63,264 nucleotides of DNA from a virus (taxonomy: Duplodnaviria; Caudoviricetes): IMG/VR virus record IMGVR_UViG_3300033076_000316, positions 1 through 63,264 of that record, one strand, 5' to 3'. How positions within the stretch are numbered: the first letter of the stretch is position 1; each line of letters opens with the position of its first letter. The position numbers were made by a program, and so were the translations under genes. Shown here piece after piece: positions 54,853-63,264 of the stretch. The notes beneath the pieces were generated by a model. The model was not told the DNA's origin. It did not search any database and was given only the letters and a program-made list of their open reading frames with translations.

Positions 54853-56312
54853 TAGTTCTCACTAACTCCAGTCTTTCTAAAGTTGTAGATATCATCCATG
54901 TCGTAGTCTTCTTTTGCCATGTCATGCAGCATCCAGTACTCTTCTTCACTGATGATTTCTAGTGCCCAAGTTATAGGCATATTAAGTTTAAATCGTTTAG
55001 GGATTCCATAGGTTCTATAAATCTTGTTCCAGTAGTACGCATTCGCTAAAACACGAGAACGATGCATTTTGCAAGAAAAAGTGGCTTTAGTATTAGGGTC
55101 ACCACTGTAGTCATAGTTATATGCGGTACATCCACCACACCCAGTAGTCACTGGACAACCCTGGCACTTAGGAGGAGACTGGGATGTCATGGTGATTTCA
55201 TTTAAATCTCTAAGCCAGTCATTATCTGCAATCCAGCTATCCATACCGTTATCCACGTCACCGACAGTCATTTCTTCTTGACGGTTTAGTGTGTACTTCA
55301 AGAAGCGTAGACATGGGGTGGCCTTACCTGCGGCACTAAACGCCAGCATTCCACCATTTCCTCCACAGAAATTGTGGTTTTCGGTACGCGGTTGACCAAT
55401 CAGTTTATCCCAGTAACTTAGGTAAAACTTATCTGTTTTCTTCTCATCAATCATCCAGTCAGCAAGTTCTTTTAGCTGGTTGTAGCCCAAGTTTGCGTCA
55501 GAGACTTTCCAGCCTTTTTCAAACACATAGTTGCTGATTCCTCCGACGACTCCTAGGTCATCGAACAGGTGCTTAAATGAATCGACCATATACATGATAT
55601 TTTCAGGAGCAATCGTTGATTTAGTCTGCACCAATCCGTTATAGTCTTTAACCCACTGCTTCACAGAACGCTCTACAATGTCGTATGAGCCTCCTCCATG
55701 ACGATAAACACGGCAAGCGTCGTGTAAGTCTTTGTTGCCGTCAATAGAGATAGTCATACTAACTCTATTAGGGTTACGCTTAAGGAACTGCTGAACCTTC
55801 TTAGACAAATACAGAGTTCCATTAGAACTGATTGAAATCATGTAGTTGTATTGCCAAGGATGGTCAAGCTCAAAAGCTTTGAACTTAAAGTACTCTACGA
55901 TATAGTCCATTAGGTCAATTTCAAGTAGAGGTTCACCACCAATAAAGTCCAGAATAACTGCAGGAGTAACCGCTAGGTCCATGTAGTCCTTTAGTTTTTC
56001 TTGGTCAAACATCATGTCAACTGCTTTTTTGGCAATTTCTTTAGTCATACGCGTATTGGTTTTGTGAGTTTCGTAGCAGTACGTACACGCCAGGTTACAC
56101 TTCTCAGTCACAACAAACGTCACATTTTTACAGTAGAGGTCCAGATTCTGGGTGTTTCTTTCTGGTTCGCAATACCCATCCGTAGAAAAAGCTGTTCTTT
56201 TAAGATTCTCTAGATATTCAATCGGAACAATCTGAGCTGTGAACCAGTCACCAAATTCAGTAAAGTCCTCATTGTCAAAAAACACGCCATTAGCGGGAGT
56301 TAGTGCAGTCAT
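54852..56312 (-). CDS. radical SAM/SPASM maturase, CXXX-repeat-target type
   Basis: CNLACTYC, FIGGEP, SNG, SIDG..H, SPASM C..G...PC...KCQGC...GCGGC...C. Confidence 0.92.
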   Translation of the reverse strand: MTALTPANGVFFDNEDFTEFGDWFTAQIVPIEYLENLKRTAFSTDGYCEPERNTQNLDLYCKNVTFVVTEKCNLACTYCYETHKTNTRMTKEIAKKAVDMMFDQEKLKDYMDLAVTPAVILDFIGGEPLLEIDLMDYIVEYFKFKAFELDHPWQYNYMISISSNGTLYLSKKVQQFLKRNPNRVSMTISIDGNKDLHDACRVYRHGGGSYDIVERSVKQWVKDYNGLVQTKSTIAPENIMYMVDSFKHLFDDLGVVGGISNYVFEKGWKVSDANLGYNQLKELADWMIDEKKTDKFYLSYWDKLIGQPRTENHNFCGGNGGMLAFSAAGKATPCLRFLKYTLNRQEEMTVGDVDNGMDSWIADNDWLRDLNEITMTSQSPPKCQGCPVTTGCGGCTAYNYDYSGDPNTKATFSCKMHRSRVLANAYYWNKIYRTYGIPKRFKLNMPITWALEIISEEEYWMLHDMAKEDYDMDDIYNFRKTGVSEN

Positions 56313-56315
56313 TTG

Positions 56316-59696
<3,381 letters not shown>

Positions 59697-59715
59697 TGAA
59701 ATCCTTTAAGGAAAA

Positions 59716-60801
59716 TTAACCTACGATTACTGCACGGAAAGAGTCAGCAGATACATCTCCAGAGACCCATGAAAGAGTTACGGTGTTTAGGTCAGTTAAA
59801 ACTACGTCAACTTCTACAATCTCGTCAGTAGATAGGTTACGAACCTGAACTGAGACATCTTTGTTACCTAGGTTGTGAGAGATAGCCCAAGTGACGCCTC
59901 CTCCAACCGCAGTTAGAGAACCGTTGTTAACTGCTACCTTAGTTGTAGCACCAAGATTTGCACGAGCGTCAGTAGCGTTGTCTGCACCAGTACCACCGTT
60001 AACAACAGCAATTTGACCTGTGACCGAGATGGTGTTGTCTGCAAGTGAGATGTTGGTTCCAGCAAGATACTCACCAGCAGCTGAGAACTGAGTCCATCCA
60101 GAAAGGGTAAAAATCCAACCCTGAGCAGCCTGACTACCATTCTCAATGAAAGTGTACGAGCCTAGAGTGATACCATCTGTAGGGCTAGTAGATAGCTCCA
60201 TGGCAGTAGTACCGTTGTAGATGTAGATACCGTTCAGCTCTGGCAGGTCAGAAATATTCTTAGCAAGAACACGTACATTAGGCGGAAGAACTACCCCATC
60301 AACAGATGTCAGCATAATGAAATCGTTGTAGGTAATTGGGGCGTTAGTAGCTGCGTAAACAGAGCCGTGAACTGACAGTCCCTGAGCAGTTGAGTCTACA
60401 TAGCCCTTGTTAGCGGCATCCCCTGGATTGACAGGAGTAGCAATGTTGATAACAGTATTGCTATTTGCATCCAGGTTTGCGCTAAGAGCAGTTCCTGTGC
60501 CAAGAGTCTTGTTGGTTAGCGACTGAGAAGCGTCATCGATAACTACCTTTGAACCGAGGGTTAGGTCACCATCGGTAACTACAAGGTTGTCACCAACAGA
60601 GTGGATGAACTGACCGCTACCGTCTGAAGTAACGTAGCTGAGCCACTGAGTACCGTCCCACTGGCGTAGGTTAGCCTCATTAGTGTCATAGTAAATCTGA
60701 CCTAGTGTAGGGCTGCTAGGCGGTGTAGACAGCGCCTGAATGGCTGCGTTCTGTAGCTCATTCTTGTTTAGGTTAATGTTTGTCAAGAAACTACGTGACA
60801 T
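59716..60801 (-). CDS. virion fibre/appendage protein
   Basis: GQIYYDT, DAANKGYVD, GGTGA..A..AR.NLG, HNLG motifs. Confidence 0.7.
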   Translation of the reverse strand: MSRSFLTNINLNKNELQNAAIQALSTPPSSPTLGQIYYDTNEANLRQWDGTQWLSYVTSDGSGQFIHSVGDNLVVTDGDLTLGSKVVIDDASQSLTNKTLGTGTALSANLDANSNTVINIATPVNPGDAANKGYVDSTAQGLSVHGSVYAATNAPITYNDFIMLTSVDGVVLPPNVRVLAKNISDLPELNGIYIYNGTTAMELSTSPTDGITLGSYTFIENGSQAAQGWIFTLSGWTQFSAAGEYLAGTNISLADNTISVTGQIAVVNGGTGADNATDARANLGATTKVAVNNGSLTAVGGGVTWAISHNLGNKDVSVQVRNLSTDEIVEVDVVLTDLNTVTLSWVSGDVSADSFRAVIVG

Positions 60802-60810
60802 GGTTTTTCC

Positions 60811-61203
60811 TTAGGATAGAATCGCAGTGCCATTGACAGGTACTGAGAAGTGGATAACTAGATTATTTTTATCAATGTGCACTACATCGCCCTCTACAGT
60901 GTTTCCTTCTTGCCAAGTCGTACCACTGCTATCGAAGACAGTGACGTTTGGATAGAAGCGAAGATTATGCCTAATAGTCCATGTGATAGCATTTGCGGAC
61001 TGGACATGCTTATAACCAACAGGTGTCTGACGCTCAACACCAGGAAGAAGAGAAATGTCTACTTCTGGCTGAGCCTCAGTATTTGGAATTCCAAAGTTAG
61101 GGTCTGTGAAACTCGGACCTGTAGGGCCAACCCACGGTGTCCCACCCTGTAGTAATGCGATATCTACTTCAGGTAAAACGGGTGCTGAAGGATTGATTGC
61201 CAT
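60811..61203 (-). CDS. small virion protein (WTIxHNL domain)
   Basis: H.Q....TWTIRHNL..YP.VTV.D. Confidence 0.6.
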   Translation of the reverse strand: MAINPSAPVLPEVDIALLQGGTPWVGPTGPSFTDPNFGIPNTEAQPEVDISLLPGVERQTPVGYKHVQSANAITWTIRHNLRFYPNVTVFDSSGTTWQEGNTVEGDVVHIDKNNLVIHFSVPVNGTAILS

Positions 61204-62261
61204 TAGAGGATGACCTCACTCACACGCTGTGTGAAGAAGTTTCCTCCCTTAATCTCGGTCTGGTCAGAGGTAGCATCGTCTACAGTAGACAATGACCAGT
61301 AGGTACGACCCGCCAAACGAAGAGTTTGGTCCTTAGTAAGAGATAGCGTGGCAGTGTATGTTCCGTCACCGTTGTCATCTACGACCAGAGTAATTGCTTG
61401 GACGACCAATGCACTGCCACGCTGATTTAGGAGATTAGCAAGGAATGACTTGCCAGTGTAATCTCCTGCGAAATCGATACTGGTAGACCATGAACGACCC
61501 TGGTAAGCAGTTAGCTCACCTGCGTCTGTAGGCCATGGTGCTGGAGCATCTCCGTAAGTAGGTACAGGAATGTGAGCACGCTGCGGGTACGAGCGGTCAT
61601 CAACTTCCTGAGGCTTGTACTCTGGCACATAACGTCCAGTAGCCTTTGAGATACGACGCAATGAAACTACGTCAATTTTGTAAAGTCCAACACCTAGCTG
61701 AGCGCACAAGTCTTTATACTGCTGCTGACGGATGTTCATCATCTCAGTCAGCTGACGGTAACGCTCTGCTCGTGGGATAGAGACACCGTCAGGGGCTTGA
61801 ATGTCGATGTCAAAGGCAGCGTCATTAGCCAGTGCGTATAGCGCTAGAGTAGCGGCGTACAAGGCTACTGGGTACTCTTCTACAGGAGGCAGGGTATCAA
61901 CGGTGAGCTTGCGTCCTACGACATCTGTGTGGCCTGCTGTATGCTGTAGCAAAGCGTCGTTAACAATGCTCGTTAGCTCAGCTGCAGTGAAGTAGCGGTA
62001 GTAAGTACCGCTGACAGTAATCTCGTCACCATCTGCAGGTACCTCATTAAACACGACTAGACCAGTAGATTCTTCTACTGAAGTAACGCTAGTTTTATCT
62101 ACACCATTAATCCACGATTGAACGGTAGTTCCATCTAGCGGAGAATAGTGGATGCTAAAACGATTTGTGGTGCCGTCAGCGACAAACTTAGTAACAAAGG
62201 ATTTTCCTAAGTCGCCTAGCTCTACACGTACCCTATCAACAAGGGTGGAAATGGTTGCCAC
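61203..62261 (-). CDS. head-tail adaptor/neck protein
   Basis: RVRVELGD start, YFT..EL, position two genes after the capsid gene. Confidence 0.6.
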   Translation of the reverse strand: MATISTLVDRVRVELGDLGKSFVTKFVADGTTNRFSIHYSPLDGTTVQSWINGVDKTSVTSVEESTGLVVFNEVPADGDEITVSGTYYRYFTAAELTSIVNDALLQHTAGHTDVVGRKLTVDTLPPVEEYPVALYAATLALYALANDAAFDIDIQAPDGVSIPRAERYRQLTEMMNIRQQQYKDLCAQLGVGLYKIDVVSLRRISKATGRYVPEYKPQEVDDRSYPQRAHIPVPTYGDAPAPWPTDAGELTAYQGRSWSTSIDFAGDYTGKSFLANLLNQRGSALVVQAITLVVDDNGDGTYTATLSLTKDQTLRLAGRTYWSLSTVDDATSDQTEIKGGNFFTQRVSEVIL

Positions 62262-62318
62262 AAATCCTCCAAAAACTCTTACATTTATGTTCTCTTATAC
62301 TGCGCCTAAATACAGCAT

Positions 62319-62367
62319 AAAAAAGTCCGTCCTGCTGGTGAGGAGGGCGGGTACCAGCAGGACGGAC
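62319..62367 (-). terminator. intrinsic terminator, 15-bp stem with 13-nt C-rich loop
   Basis: Minus strand GTCCGTCCTGCTGGT-ACCCGCCCTCCTC-ACCAGCAGGACGGAC-TTTTTT. Confidence 0.85.
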
Positions 62368-62380
62368 AGCTTATAGAGGG

Positions 62381-62761
62381 TTAGGCAATCCAGAGATAGC
62401 CAAGACCCTGGAGGTACTGTGCAAGCTCACGAGGGACCTTGTACTTCTGACCTGCTTTGAAGGTGTAAGACTGCGGGGTACCGTTGATGACACCGTAAGT
62501 CATGTCGTCGATGTCTGAGATGGTACGAATAACAATGCTGTCATTGTTAACTGAAACTCCGACGGTCTCAATCTCGTCAATCAAGATTGGAGCGTCTGGC
62601 TTCTTAGGGTCAAACACGTCATTTGCTAGACTGTGCTCTTCCTGTGCGCGTGAGATAGAAATCTCTTCCTTGCGCTTTGCAAGCTCTGCTGCGTTTGCCT
62701 TTGCTGCTAGTTCGGCTGCGCGGCCTGTTGCGTCCTGAGGACTGGTTGGTTTGTTTGCCAT
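62381..62761 (-). CDS. head-associated hypothetical protein
   Basis: ORF track; directly after the capsid gene. Confidence 0.7.
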   Translation of the reverse strand: MANKPTSPQDATGRAAELAAKANAAELAKRKEEISISRAQEEHSLANDVFDPKKPDAPILIDEIETVGVSVNNDSIVIRTISDIDDMTYGVINGTPQSYTFKAGQKYKVPRELAQYLQGLGYLWIA

Positions 62762-62798
62762 GATATTTTCTTCCGTGTATTAGATTTTTGTTTGTGTT

Positions 62799-62824
62799 GG
62801 GAGGGCCCCTTGCGGGACCCTCCC
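62799..62824 (-). terminator. GNRA-tetraloop hairpin after the capsid gene (stabiliser or U-less terminator)
   Basis: GGGAGGGTCCC-GCAA-GGGGCCCTCCC; no U-tract follows. Confidence 0.65.
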
Positions 62825-62842
62825 TTCACGAGGTTTTGGCTA

Positions 62843-63262
62843 TTAGTTGGTGTAAACCTTGTTGATAGCCTGGTCGGTGATGATGCCGAGGCCCCAGATT
62901 GAGTACCATGCAAGAGCGTGCTCACGACCAAAGTCAAGAACACCACCATCGCGTAGCTCAACAGGAAGCGAGATAGCGTGACCGAATGCGTTGTCACCAA
63001 TCATGATTGACTCGTAGACGTCTGCAGTGTTGCCAGTAGCACCGTTGAAAAGACCTGAGGTCTCTCCAGTGTTCTCTGGGTTTCCACCCTGACCTGCGCC
63101 AGTGTTAGCCTTTACAGGAACACCAGTCTGGTCTGCAGGAGCGCCAACTAGACCGTTGGTTGAGTAGGTGCCGTTAGCAGCAAGCTTCTTAACCTGAGTG
63201 GTCTCGATGAATACGACGTCGTATAGACGACCAATCTCACCAAGCATGAAGTTACCTGGAGC
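62843..63262 (-). CDS. major capsid protein, N4-gp56-like (5'-partial)
   Basis: GEIGRLYDVVFIET...G.NAFG...D.GR....AWY...G; frame open to the window edge. Confidence 0.85.
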   Translation of the reverse strand, partial: APGNFMLGEIGRLYDVVFIETTQVKKLAANGTYSTNGLVGAPADQTGVPVKANTGAGQGGNPENTGETSGLFNGATGNTADVYESIMIGDNAFGHAISLPVELRDGGVLDFGREHALAWYSIWGLGIITDQAINKVYTN

Positions 63263-63264
63263 AG

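Noticed and set aside
54347-54865. Overlapping ORFs (156 aa V/L/E-rich on minus, 172 aa P/E/Q-rich on plus) across the Cys-repeat gene
   Set aside because: By-products of repetitive TGT/TCT/GGA/ACT codons; only the Cys frame is coupled to the rSAM stop.

Overview
A 63 kb segment of a tailed dsDNA phage genome with a contractile tail (myovirus morphotype). Essentially all real genes are on the minus strand. The host is probably an actinobacterium (WhiB, NrdH, M23 peptidase in the tape measure). In transcription order (high to low coordinates) the window holds: the 3' end of an N4-gp56-type major capsid gene and a head-tail adaptor; a ~16 kb fibre and protein-modification island (45.6-61.2 kb); neck, sheath, tube, tape measure and baseplate genes; a lambda-like replication module (initiator with internal iterons, DnaC-like loader, DnaB, primase, SNF2 helicase, SSB, PolA, RecA, WhiB, Cas4-like nuclease, ThyX, NrdH, dNMP kinase, RuvC, SpoVS); a block of low-complexity basic hypothetical proteins; and a nucleotidyltransferase/HAD/TGT-like cluster that runs off the left edge. 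The most striking system is in the island. A collagen-like fibre gene is followed by a radical SAM/SPASM enzyme, a leaderless protein with 40 Cys in CXX/CXXX repeats fused to a non-repetitive C-terminal domain, a dedicated Fe-S kit (Nfu, ferredoxin, SufT), a 2OG-Fe(II) oxygenase, a methyltransferase and two glycosyltransferases. This looks like a RiPP-type maturation pathway aimed at virion proteins. A second candidate system is a replication-module-specific GAGGGCA translation-initiation motif whose complement is displayed in the loop of a late-operon terminator hairpin. All calls are from motif reading by eye; no database searches were run, and family/accession names are from memory.
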